A DNA stretch of 63,580 bases, filler included, from Chiloscyllium plagiosum (GCF_004010195.1; 3 parts of one record of this genome joined end to end with filler, not necessarily neighbours in it), one strand, 5' to 3'. Counted from the whole stretch's first letter, positions 52,356 through 63,398 are shown. Numbers and translations are program-made. The notes: generated by a model from the sequence alone, not told the origin.

Positions 52356-53944
52356 GTAACAAGACTATCACTTCCTTTTCTATATGTACATCACCCCTGT
52401 ATCTTACTTGTGCTTAATATTTAACTCCACTTCAAACAGCTATAAGTCATAGCTGCAATAATAGCCAACATGCAGACAAATATAGCATCAAGCTGAAGTT
52501 CAGTATTTTTTAGAAATCTTGCTTACTGAAGAAATTAAACAACTAATGGCTAAACCAATAAAATGTATTCTCCATTGTTATGCCATTACACATTTGTTAC
52601 AGATAATGGATCCTTTGGCAGGAGCAAGACCTAAAACCAACTCAATTCTGATAAATTTGTCTGGTGTAGCCCCTTTCATAAAACCATATTAATATTGAAT
52701 TATGGAATCATAACCTTTAATTCAGTTAAATAGAATTTCCCTTGAAGGTGCAGCAGGATTCTTGAGTCACTGTAGTGCAAGTATGATATCTTCCTATTAC
52801 TAGGCAAGGAGTCAAGGGTTTTCAGAGGTGAATGGGAATGTGGCATTTGGAACACAAATGAGTCAGCTGTGATCTCATTGAATGGTGAAGCAGGCTTGCA
52901 GGGTTGAATGGCTTCCTTCTGCTCCTCATTCAAATGTTTGTATTTTAACATAACCGAACAGGTTGAGAATCAACCTGAAAATTCTGCCAATATATGTCAA
53001 TTGTAGGCAATGAAAGCAGCAGAAATTCCAGGCTGGCTATGCAACCCAGAGCTATAAGCTGCATGTAAAAGCACGTTTCCACAGTAACTTAAATTCCCTG
53101 AGTGAACTGTAAAACACCAGCTTTTGTTTTCATCACTGAATTCTAATAACCTTTTCTTTGTATAAAACTAATCCTTAACACCTCACATTTAATTACAAAT
53201 ATATAGATATTGATTCTTTCATATTTTACTTTACTACATTACTGTTCAATAGTTTCTTTCTGGATGTTGACAAAGGATCTTCTACATTGATGCAATGGAT
53301 ATTTCAGTCCCACGCGTTCTTGAAGCAACATCAACTTAATTGATTGATTAACAATTTTTGAATTTAACCAGCTAATTTTGATTCTTACATTTTGAAAACA
53401 AGTTTCCCAGGTATCTTGTATATTTGTTGCATGACTGTCTTTTGTTTCTGCCATCTTATTGTATTAAAAACATCACAATCACATTGTTAATTGTCAGACA
53501 CACTCTGAGAAGTGACGACCATTTCCCATTCAGAACACCAAAGATTCCTCTAAATGTAATGCTATGGATCCAATGGGAATAATATAAATTTAGTTCGAAA
53601 AACAAAAAGTCTTTTTACTGGATAGTCAAAGTGACCTCTCAGAACAACTGATGCTTACTGCAGCTTCCACCTATTGAATTACACACAAAAACAACAAAAC
53701 CTTTTCTCAAACACTGACTATTAGCATATTTTTTGAATGGAAATTAAAATTCATGAAGAAGCAAGCAGGCTGAAAACCAGGACACTGACTAATCAAAGAA
53801 AGGTCAGCTCAAGTTTTACCACCTTTGAAAGAGTTTCAAGTAATAACTAGGCTACCGATTTCTAGAGTTTAATCAAAAACCATATAGGATTGCTCCCTAC
53901 TTGCCAACTTTCTGTCTAGTGATGTCTTGGAGCTGAGATAGAAT

Positions 53945-54280
53945 AAAATTCATAGAATCCCTACAGTGTAGAAACAGGTCATTTGGTCCAAAAAGTTCAT
54001 ACCGACCCTCCGAAGAGTAATCCAACCAGATCAATTCCTCTACCCTATTCCTCTAAATTTCCCAGACTAATGCACCTAACTTACACATCCCTGGACACAA
54101 TGGGCAATTTAGCATAGCCAATTCACCGAGCCTGCACATCTTTGTTCTGTGGGAGTGAAGTGGTGCACCCGGAGGAAACCCACACAGACAAGGGGAAAAT
54201 GTTCAAACTCCACACAGTCATACGAGGCTGAAATCGAACCCAGGTACCTGGCGCTGTGAGGCAGCAGTGCTGAGCCACCC
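53945..54280 (-). mobile_element. HE1/V-SINE-type SINE
   Basis: Reverse complement of the SINE body and head (aaatcgaacccagg..gtgaggcagcagtgctgagccacc). Confidence 0.88.
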
Positions 54281-54379
54281 CATGTTTGGCTTCCAACAAC
54301 TGCTGTTGAAGTCTCTTCCCCAGAGAGCAATGGTGACAAGAGAAGTGAATATTTTTCAGGTTGAATTTGGCATGTTGAT

Positions 54380-55990
54380 GAGGAGGCAATACCATAACAA
54401 CGTTGTTGCAGAGCCAACGATACATAAGTATAGGTATTGTTTTAAGGGCCTGGATTTGAATTCCACTATTGTTGTTAGCTAGTCTGTCCTATATTGACCC
54501 TTAACTGTCCTCTGAAATGGTCTAACAAGCCACTCAGTGATACCAATCATAAAGAAGCTTCAAAATAAAAGAAATAAAATCGGATTGACAACATGGCATT
54601 GACCTAGGCTGCAAAAATGACAATAACAACCAAGCCCTAACAATCCTGCAAATCCTCTTTATTAACATCTCGGGTCTGGTATGAAAATTAGGAGAGGTGT
54701 TTTACAGACTAGTCAAACAGCAGGCTGACATAGTCATAATCATGAAACCATCTATGACACACACTGTCCCAAACAGCACCATCACCATCCCTGGGTATGC
54801 CATGTCCCACCAGTAGGACAGGGCCAGAAGAGATGACAACACAGTAACATACAGTCAGGAAGGAATTGCCCTGGGAGTCTTCAACATTGACTCTGGACAT
54901 CAAACCTGGACAGGGAATCCTTAAACTTAATACCACTTACTGTCCTCCTTCACTGATGAATCAATCCATCATGCTGAGCAACACTTGAAGGAATCACTGA
55001 GGCTAGCAAAGGTGTGGAATATACTTTGGCTGGAGATTTCAGTGACCTCTGCCAAGTGACCTCTGGCAGCAGCACCACTGACTGAGCTGGAAGAGGGACA
55101 TAGCTGTGAGACTGGGACTGTGGCTGGTGATGAGGGAGCCAAAAACAGGGAGAAACATATTAGTCTCATGCAAAATAATGTGCCAGCTGCAGACATTCTA
55201 TCGGTACAACTGACCACTGCACAATTCTTATGGAGACAAAAGTGCCATCTTAAAATTGACAAAACCTCAGGCTGTGTTGTGTGACATGATCACCATGCTA
55301 AATGGAACGGGCTTTGACCAGCATTGGCAACTCAGTATTAAAGCACTGTTGACCATCAATATTCTCTGTCGTGCTGGAAAAGCACAGCCCATCTGGCAGC
55401 ATCCCAAGAGCAGGAGAGTCAAAGTTTTGAGCATAAGCTGTTCATCAGGAATGTGCTCCTGATGAAGAGTTTCTGCTCGAAATGTTGACTCTCCTGCTCC
55501 TCAGATGCTGCCTGACAGGCTGTTCTCTTCCCGCACCACACTTTTTGATTCTGATCTCCAGCATCTGCAGTCCTCACTTTCTCCTATCAAAATTCTCTGT
55601 AAGAGCAGCAGAATTATGCTCCAATACAATCTGCAAACTCATGGCCCAGCATATCCTACATTATACCATTCCCATCAAGTAAGGTGATCAACCCTAATTC
55701 AATGAAGAGTGCAGAAGGGCTCTTCAGGACCAGCACAAGGCAAACTTAAAAAGGAGATGACAACTTGGTGATTTGATCTGTGTCACACAAATAAAGCAGC
55801 AAGTGATATATCTAAACAATTCCACAATTAACAGATCAGATTTAAGCTCTGCAGTCCTTCCACATCCAGTAATGAATGATGGTGGGCGATTGAAAAAACT
55901 CACCAGAAGAGGTTCCACTAATATCCCCATCCTCAAAGATAGGAGTGTTCAGCACATCAGTGCAAGAGAAAAGGCTGAAGCAATTGCAAA
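54380..55990 (+). mobile_element. Second CR1-group LINE, 5' region and APE endonuclease (decayed)
   Basis: RLVKQQADIVIIM..TITIPGY..DR APE-like motifs from about 54660, preceded by a SINE-like 5' region. Confidence 0.75.
55370..55585. mobile_element. PLE family B hairpin mini-element with two decayed opposed hammerheads
   Basis: ttcatcaggaatgtgctcCTGATGAagagtttctgctcGAAAtgtt centre; TSD atcaa(t/a)attctctgt at 55355-55369 and 55586-55600. Confidence 0.8.
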
Positions 55991-55994
55991 TGAG

Positions 55995-57720
55995 AATTAG
56001 CTAATGACCAAGAAACAGCAAGTGGGGCTGCTTTTCAGGTTGACAACCTGTGACCAATGGAATCTCACGGGGATCAGTGCTTATACACTGCAATTTACAA
56101 TTTATATCAATGATTTGGAGGAAGGAAGCAAATGTAACATAGCTACATTTGATATGAAATTAAATAGGTAGAAAGACAGATTGCAAGAAGGATATAAACA
56201 GTTTACCAAAAACTATTGATAGGTAAAGTAATTGGGCAATAAATTGGCAAATAGAATATAGGTAGGAATATGTGAAATTGTTCATTTTGGAGGGAAATTA
56301 AAGAACAGTGTGCTATTTAAATAGAGAAAAATTGCAAATAGCTGCAACACAAAGGGACTTGAGAGTACTTGTGTCCAAAACATAGAAAGCGAGCACACAA
56401 AGTAACCAGGAAAGCTAATGGAACTTTGGTCATTATTTCAAAGGGGTTAGTTTATAAGAACAGGAGAGTTTTGGGCAACTGTGCAAGGCACTGGTGACAC
56501 AACACCTGGAGTTGTGGGCAGTCCTTGTCCCTTATTTAAAAAAAAAATATTTCATTGGAGGTAGTTCAGAGAATGTTCACTAGGATGATCCCTAATATGG
56601 AGGAGTTGCCTGATGAGCAAAGCTTAAATAAATGATGATTCAATTCACTGGAATATAAAGGAATGAGAAGTGATCTCACTGAAACATACAGAATCCTTGA
56701 GGTGCTTGACAAAAATTAGAATGAGTTTTATTGTCGCATGCACTCAAAAGAGTATAGTGAAAAGTCTACAAGTTGCCATTCAAGGTGTCATCTTAGGTAC
56801 AAAGATCCCCAGGTACAGCTGGGAGTTCTTGGAAAAATGGAGAATTATAAAGTCCAGCATTGCAAATTTTAAGAATAAATTATAAAATGGAGAGCAAAAA
56901 GCTCGGAACAACGGTCTTCCACCCAGTCCATGCTGACACCTGGTTTCCAGTCTGCATCGGACCTTGAAGACCACAGCTTCACCTCAGGGTTCACAAGACT
57001 GGGAAATAACTCTGGTATCACCTTGAAACCAGACGTCCTCACCAAGACCATGCCAGGCCAAGAAACCACCACAGACCGCCCAAAGACCAGCAAGTTGGGC
57101 CAGGTGAGATCGCCATGCCAGGCTGAAAGAATACCACACCAGGCAGACAGGACTCCACGGTGACCAAGAAACTGTCATGCTGTGCCAGGAGACCACTATA
57201 CTGGGCCTGTACTGAGGCCAGAGTTTGGAGACCGGGAGCTCTGAGGCAGGAAGGTCAGGGACCAGGAGTTCCAAGGCCATGAGATCCGAAGCTAGGAGGT
57301 CAAAGACTGCGAGGTACAAGGCTGAGAGGTCAGAGGCTGTGAAGTCTGAAAGGTGGAAGTCCGCAACCGCTGAGGCTGAGAAGAGAAAAGAGGAGGGAAA
57401 AAGAACAAAGATGAAAGCAAAGACAACAATAACAAAAAAGGAACAGAGAGTGGTTGAGCTCTGACTGAAGCATCCTAATCCACTGTCACCTTGGATTTAT
57501 TGCAGTAAATACTGAGAGAATGTTCCCTTGATTTGGGAGAGTCTAGGACCAGAGGCTATAGTCTCACAGTAAATGGGCACCAAATTAATACTGAGATGAG
57601 GAAGAAGTTCTTCTCTGAGTGGGTTGTGCGTCTTTGGAAATCCTTGCTGGAGGGCTATGGGGCAGAGTCCTTGTGCATATTTAAGGCTGACATGGACAGG
57701 TTCTTGATCAGCATCAGGTC
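55995..57720 (+). mobile_element. Old CR1 3' fragment nested in the second LINE, itself interrupted at about 56715-57500
   Basis: Degenerate PVTNGISRGSVL/IYINDLE motifs; ORF 57533-57724 GESRTRGYSL..FFSEWVVRLW. Confidence 0.75.
56715..57500 (-). mobile_element. Unclassified non-autonomous retroelement-like insertion with internal ~15-bp degenerate repeats
   Basis: Interrupts a CR1; minus-strand 3' end aataaaactcattctaat; repeats at about 57225-57380. Confidence 0.45.
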
Positions 57721-58540
57721 TTGACAACATTCCAGCAATAGTAGTGAAGACTCATGTTCCATGCCAAGCTCAAGCCCCTTAAGGGTCCTATATGTTTTAA
57801 TGAGATCACATCTCAGTTGGATTCCATCACAGTCACCCAGTTCCTGACCTCACTACAGACTTGGTTTAAACTTGGGTAAAACAGCTGAATTCCAGAAGTG
57901 AGGTGAGAGTGACTGCATCAAGGCCGCATTCGATCGAATGTGGCATCAAGGAGCTCCAGGAAAACTGGAGTCAAAGGGAATCAGTGGAAAACTCTCTGCT
58001 GGTTAGAATTATATCAAAGGACGTTGGTTATGGTAGTTTGTTGCTAGCTATCCCAGCTCCAGGAGTTCCTCAGGATAGTGTCCGTGGCCAAAAACATCTT
58101 CAGCTGCGTCATCAATTACCTTACCTCAATCATAAGGTGAGAAGTGGGAATGCTCACTGATGCTTGCACAATGTTCAGTACCATTCAATAATCCTTGGAT
58201 ACTGACACAGACAATGTACAAATGCAGAAAGACACGGACAATATCCAGGCTTGGACTTACTAATGACATTCAAAATTATCACCACATAAGTTCCAGGGAA
58301 TGACCATTGTCAACAGGAAAGAATCTAACCATCACCACCTGACATTAAATAGTATTATCATTACTGAATCCCACACTATCAATATTCTGGGAGGCATTAC
58401 CTTTGACCAGGAACTCAACTGGACTTGCCACATAAATATAGTAGCTACAAAAGCAGGTCAAGAACTAGGAATACTATAGTAGGAAATTTAACTTCTGATT
58501 CCCAAAGCCTGTCCACCGTCCACAAGACTCATATCAGGAG
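57720..58540 (+). mobile_element. Second CR1-group LINE, RT region (continuation of 54380-55990)
   Basis: IKAAFDR.WHQG, GVPQDSV and ..DACTMFS RT motifs with frameshifts. Confidence 0.8.
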
Positions 58541-58541
58541 T

Positions 58542-58804
58542 GGAGAAAGTGAGGTCTGCAGATGCTGGAGATCAGAGCTGGAAATGTGTTGCTGGAAAAG
58601 CGCAGCAGGTCAGGCAGCATCCAGGGAACAGGAGAATCGACGTTTCAGGCATAAGCCCTTCTTCAGGAATGAGGAAAGTTTGTCCAGCAGGCTAAGATAA
58701 AAGGTAGGGAGGAGGGACTTGGGGGAGGGGCGTCGGAAATGTGATAGGTGGAAAGAGGTCAAGGTGAGGGTGATAGGTCAGACGGGGGTGGGGGCGGAGA
58801 GGTC
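58542..58804 (-). mobile_element. Young PLE family B 3' end with hammerhead (about 58635-58670), truncated by a gap
   Basis: Minus strand attcCTGAAGAagggcttatgcctGAAACGTCgatt. Confidence 0.85.
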
Positions 58805-58904
58805 NNNNNNNNNNNNNNNNNNNNNNNNNNNNNNNNNNNNNNNNNNNNTTAATTAATTAANNNNNNNNNNNNNNNNNNNNNNNNNNNNNNNNNNNNNNNN
58901 NNNN
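58805..58904. other. Assembly gap with artificial six-frame-stop linker
   Basis: 44 N + TTAATTAATTAA + 44 N, identical to the gap at 30236. Confidence 0.95.
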
Positions 58905-59040
58905 AAGAGAGGGGCAGGAGGGAGAAAGAGAGAGAGGGAGACAGAGAGAGAGAAAGAAAGAAAAAGAGTGAGTGAGAGAGAGAGAAAAAGAGGGTGAGAG
59001 AAAGAAACAGAGAGAGAGAGAGAGAGAAAGCGAGGAGAGA
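58905..59040. repeat. (GA)n-rich microsatellite
   Basis: Imperfect gagaga/gaaa runs abutting the gap. Confidence 0.9.
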
Positions 59041-59744
59041 CTTGACAGAATGACAGCAGTGTTTTCCCTCACCCCAGTGAGAAAGTTGGGGGTAATCTAA
59101 AATGAGGAATCTAAAATGAGCACTCTGTCCATTTAAGACAGAGATGAAGAGAAATTCCACCTCTCAGACGGACATCGTCCCACAGAGTGCTCGTGCCCAG
59201 CTCGCTGGGTATACTCGGGGCTGAGTTCGACAGAGCTTTGACCGACAAAGGGAGCCGAGGATTCTGGGAAGGTGGAGTCGAGGCCAGGGTCAGACCAGCG
59301 ACTGGGGGAGCGCAATTGAAGGCCTTCCCCTTGCTCCCGAGTACTCACGGTCAGGCAGCACCCGTACTGGTGGGGGGACACACGGCTTAGGCCTCTGTGT
59401 TCGGGAATGGGGGGGGGGGGGTTGTGCGTCTGGTGGAGACAGGGCCAAGGAAAAAAAGGACCACGCCTCTGCCAAAACAGAGCCCGGCAGCAATGGCCTT
59501 CCCCCGTACAACACTGGCCAAAGATATAATCGCAAATAGTCATCAAGCGCACTATCCCTTTAAAAGATCCTCAGGATCCTCTTGCAAGAGATCCTTGGCT
59601 TGTTAAATTTTGGCTATGATTCCGGCCTGGCCAGAGATTCATGTTCACTCAGATAAAAGTAAAATAAACAGAAAGGAAACATTTTTCTTTAAAATAATAA
59701 AAACGAGGGGGGTGTTCATTCTTTGAACAAGAGTTGAGTGGTTT

Positions 59745-60530
59745 ATGAGGTTTCTCGAAGGTTACCCACAATGTCTAGATGTCTCTAGAAGCTCGCTGAT
59801 ACTGTTAGAAGGCTGCCGATATTTCTGGAAGCTTCTGGAGGGTTGCCCGGACATTTCTAGAAGGTTTCAGACACCCCCCCCCCGGGAGCTCCTGAAAAGG
59901 TGTCTAGAACTTTCGAGAGGGTTTCTGAAACATCGGGACGTTTCTAGAAGGTTGCTGATGTATCTGAAGGCTTCCCTAATGTTGACCCACATGCAGAGGT
60001 TTCTGGAAGGTTGTTGAAGTGTCCGGAAGATTCTGGAAGGTTGCTGAAGGGGTCTGGAGGAGTCCAGAATGTTGTTGAAGGGTCTGGAAGATTCTAGAAG
60101 GTTGCTGAATGGTCTGGAAGGTTGCTGACCCGTCTGGAGGAATCTAGAAGGTTGCTGAAGAGTCCGGAAGATTCCAGAAGGTTGCTAAAGTGTCCGGAAG
60201 ATTCCAGAAGGTTGCTGAAGTGTCCGGAAGATCCAGACGGTTGCTGAAGTGTCCAGAAGATTCCAGAAGGTTGCTGAAGAGTCCGGAAGATTCCAGAAGG
60301 TTGCTGAAGAGTCTGGAAGATTCCAGAAGGTTGCTAAAGTGTCCGGAAGATTCCAGAAGGTTGCTAAAGTGTCCGGAAGATTCTAGAAGGTTGCTGAAGA
60401 GTCCGGAAGATTCCAGAAGGTTGCTGAAGAGTCTGGAAGATTCCAGACGGTTGCTGAAGTGTCCGGACGATTCTAGACGGTTGCTGAAGAGTCTGGAAGA
60501 TTCTGGAAGGCTGCTGACGTGTTGGAAAAT
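59745..60530. repeat. 30-bp minisatellite (GAAGGTTGCTGAAGAGTCCGGAAGATTCCA, three 10-bp subunits) in the presumed MiT/TFE 3' UTR
   Basis: Near-perfect tandem units from about 60005 to 60510, degenerating toward 59745. It explains the repetitive ORFs RRLLKSPEDS and LESSGHFSNL. Confidence 0.95.
60020..60510. promoter_or_regulatory. Cluster of heat-shock-element-like motifs (nGAAnnTTCnnGAAn) formed by the minisatellite
   Basis: About 11 perfect GAAgaTTCnnGAA matches by hand count, with GAA recurring every 10 bp. Function is inferred only. Confidence 0.45.
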
Positions 60531-60578
60531 TATGAGAGGGTTGTTGAACATGTTCAGGTGAGGGGTGGGGGGTTCCCC

Positions 60579-60983
60579 CTAACAGCCCGGTTCGTCCTCC
60601 ATACTGAAGCTGCTGCGGCGGCTGCTGCCCTTTGACACCCCAGGCGACACCGAGGAGAGCAGCGGGTCAGTGGTTCCGACCGGGGACAGCAAGTCGTCCA
60701 GCAGGATGTTGCCCAGGCCGGAGTCCAGCTTCAGCGGGAAGGGCATGTCGGTCATGGAGTCGAAGGCCAGCGGCTGGTCGCTCAGGCCCAGCCCGAGGTC
60801 CAGGCCCAGGTCCATGCTCGGGCCTACTGCCTGCGGCATGCTGGGAAGCCGCGGGGGCTCAATGGTGGCCTGGTTGCCTTGTGACGGCTCCTGCTTGATG
60901 ACCTGGGCGGCCAACTGGGCAGTGTTCAGGCCCGAGGGGGAGCTCAGCGAGAGGCCGTGGACCCGGGCCTGGATCTCCAATTC
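60579..60983 (-). CDS. tfe3: Terminal coding exon of a MiT/TFE-family bHLH-leucine zipper transcription factor (TFE3 most likely; MITF/TFEB not excluded)
   Basis: Pyrimidine tract and acceptor (tctcctcccactgcctgacAG, AG at 60984-60985) give phase-0 ELEIQARVHGL...VIKQEP...ILLDDLLSPVGTTDPLLSSVSPGVSKGSSRRSSFSMEDEPGC followed by TAG (60579-60581). ELExQAxxHGL and DPLLSSVSP..SK.SSRRSSFSME are hallmark MiT/TFE last-exon motifs. The family call is strong; the paralogue call (SSVSP plus SFSM) is about 0.55. Confidence 0.9.
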   Translation of the reverse strand, partial: ELEIQARVHGLSLSSPSGLNTAQLAAQVIKQEPSQGNQATIEPPRLPSMPQAVGPSMDLGLDLGLGLSDQPLAFDSMTDMPFPLKLDSGLGNILLDDLLSPVGTTDPLLSSVSPGVSKGSSRRSSFSMEDEPGC

Positions 60984-61044
60984 CTGTCAGGCAGTGGGAG
61001 GAGAGGAGGAACAGGAGAGAACGACAATTACTGCCTTGGATTGA

Positions 61045-61544
61045 NNNNNNNNNNNNNNNNNNNNNNNNNNNNNNNNNNNNNNNNNNNNNNNNNNNNNNNN
61101 NNNNNNNNNNNNNNNNNNNNNNNNNNNNNNNNNNNNNNNNNNNNNNNNNNNNNNNNNNNNNNNNNNNNNNNNNNNNNNNNNNNNNNNNNNNNNNNNNNNN
61201 NNNNNNNNNNNNNNNNNNNNNNNNNNNNNNNNNNNNNNNNNNNNNNNNNNNNNNNNNNNNNNNNNNNNNNNNNNNNNNNNNNNNNNNNNNNNNNNNNNNN
61301 NNNNNNNNNNNNNNNNNNNNNNNNNNNNNNNNNNNNNNNNNNNNNNNNNNNNNNNNNNNNNNNNNNNNNNNNNNNNNNNNNNNNNNNNNNNNNNNNNNNN
61401 NNNNNNNNNNNNNNNNNNNNNNNNNNNNNNNNNNNNNNNNNNNNNNNNNNNNNNNNNNNNNNNNNNNNNNNNNNNNNNNNNNNNNNNNNNNNNNNNNNNN
61501 NNNNNNNNNNNNNNNNNNNNNNNNNNNNNNNNNNNNNNNNNNNN
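61045..61544. other. 500-N scaffolding gap
   Basis: Exactly 500 N. Confidence 0.95.
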
Positions 61545-61689
61545 GCATCACCAGGTGAGCACTTGTTGCAGACCCCTAATTGCTCTCGGAGATGTCGATG
61601 AGCTGCTTCTTTAACAAACTGTATCCATCTGGTCAAGCTATTCCTACGTCGCTGTACATAGTTTCATGTGGCATTTTTGATACAAGTAA

Positions 61690-62010
61690 GTGACCGTTGG
61701 GTCATTTTCAAAGGCAGTTGAGAATCAACCATTTTGCTTTAGATCTAGAGTTTGTGTGTAGCCAAGACCATATTAAGAACATCAGATTTCAACAGGGGAG
61801 CCAATGGTCTATGGTATAATTGCTATTCACCTAGAGGCTCAGGCTAATGTTCACGGACCAGATTTGAATCCCACCAAGGCAGACTGAGTCTGATGATGAC
61901 TGCAATTATTGGCGCTTGTTGGAAAAACCCACCTAGTTCAATGTTCTTATCTGGTCTGGCCTACATGTGACTCCAAGTCGACAGGGTGGGATGCTCTTTT
62001 GAGGATTGGT
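61690..62010. mobile_element. Two divergently oriented pieces of the second-family SINE
   Basis: Antisense piece to about 61790, then a sense head with gatttgaatcccacca..ctggtctggcctacatgtgactcc. Confidence 0.55.
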
Positions 62011-62219
62011 GTGGGCTGAATGGCTGCTTCAACATTATGTGGGTTCTGTTGTGAAGGCAAGAATGCGTAGTCTAGTACTGCTCCAACTATAACTTCTCCA
62101 TTTATCAAGTCACTCTTTAATCCAACTCTGTATAGCAAGACTGGTTTGTAACCACCAGGACTACTTCCAATTAATACCTTCTCTCTAACTAACCGCTCAG
62201 GGTAGATAAAGAACTTTCT

Positions 62220-63390
62220 TTACCACCTTATCCGCTCATGTTGCCATTTCTGGGAGCTATGGACTTGCACCCCAAGATCCCTCTTTATGTCAATCTCCTT
62301 AAGGGGCCTGCCATTTACAACGTACTTTCCTCTTGCATTTGACCTTCCAAAATGCATCACCTCACACATGTCCAGGTTAAACTTCAACTGCCATTTATCC
62401 ACCCAACTTTACAATTGATCTATATACTGCTATATCTTTTGACAACCATCCTCACTATCCACAACTCCACCAATTTTTGTGTTGTCTGCAAACTTACTAA
62501 TCAGACCACCTACGCATCACTCATATATAACAAAAAAGAAAGAGGTTTCAGCCTTGATCCTTGCAGAATACCACTGGTCACAAAATTCCTGTCAAAAAAA
62601 CAATGCTCCACAGCTACCCTCTGTCTGCTATGAGCAAGCCAATGTTGCATTCAACTCATCAACTCCCTATGGATCCCATGTGACTTGATATTCTGGACCA
62701 GCCTACCATGAGGGACGTTAACAAATGCTTTAGTAAAGTCCATGTTGACAACATCTCCCATCCTACCCTCATCAGTCACCTTCCTCACCTCTTCAAAGAA
62801 AATTCAACTAAATTTGTGAGACAAGACCTCCCCTACACAAAGCCATGGTGACTATCCCTAATAAATCCATTCTTTTTCAAATACAAATAAATTCTATCCC
62901 TAATAATCTTCTCCAATAATTTCCTTACCATAGATGTAAAGCTGACCGGCCTATAGTTTTCTGCATTATCCTTGTTGCCCTTCTTAAACAAAGAAACGAC
63001 ATTAGCTATTCTCCAGTCTTCTGGGACCTTGCCTGTGACTAAACAGGATACAAAGATCTCTGTCAAGGCCTCAGCAATCTCCTCCCTTGCCTCCATCAGC
63101 ATCTTGCATTAGATCCCATCGGGCCTGGGAACTTACCTACCCCTTAATGTTTTTCAAGACACCCAACACCTCCTCCTTCTTAGTATTGACATGCCCTACC
63201 ATATCAACAAACCATCCCCTGATGTTACTGTCATCCATATCCTTCTCCTTGGTGAAGGGCTTCACCCATTTCCTCTGGTTCCATGCATAAATCCTGATCT
63301 TTTTCCTCGAGTGAACCTTCCTCCTTCCCAGCTACCATGTTGCTCCTAATATATAAAAAATATATATTTAACTACACTTGCCAAGGTCAT
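62220..63390 (-). mobile_element. CR1 LINE RT fragment
   Basis: ORFs 62833-63102 (VPEDWRIANVVSLFKKG..NYRPVS) and 62220-62402 (WQLKFNLDMCEVMHFG). Confidence 0.9.
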
Positions 63391-63398
63391 TTTATTGG

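Noticed and set aside
59745..60561. Repetitive ORFs on both strands (RRLLKSPEDS; LESSGHFSNL) as a repeat protein, or the array as CRISPR
   Set aside because: Open frames follow from a stop-free 30-bp unit lying 3' of a real stop codon. There are no unique spacers, no cas genes, and the DNA is eukaryotic.
60632..61044. Plus-strand ORFs overlapping the MiT/TFE exon
   Set aside because: Antisense shadows of GC-rich coding sequence.
60859..61636. Long ORFs of 200-230 aa in the ORF track
   Set aside because: They consist mostly of N-gap (X) residues.
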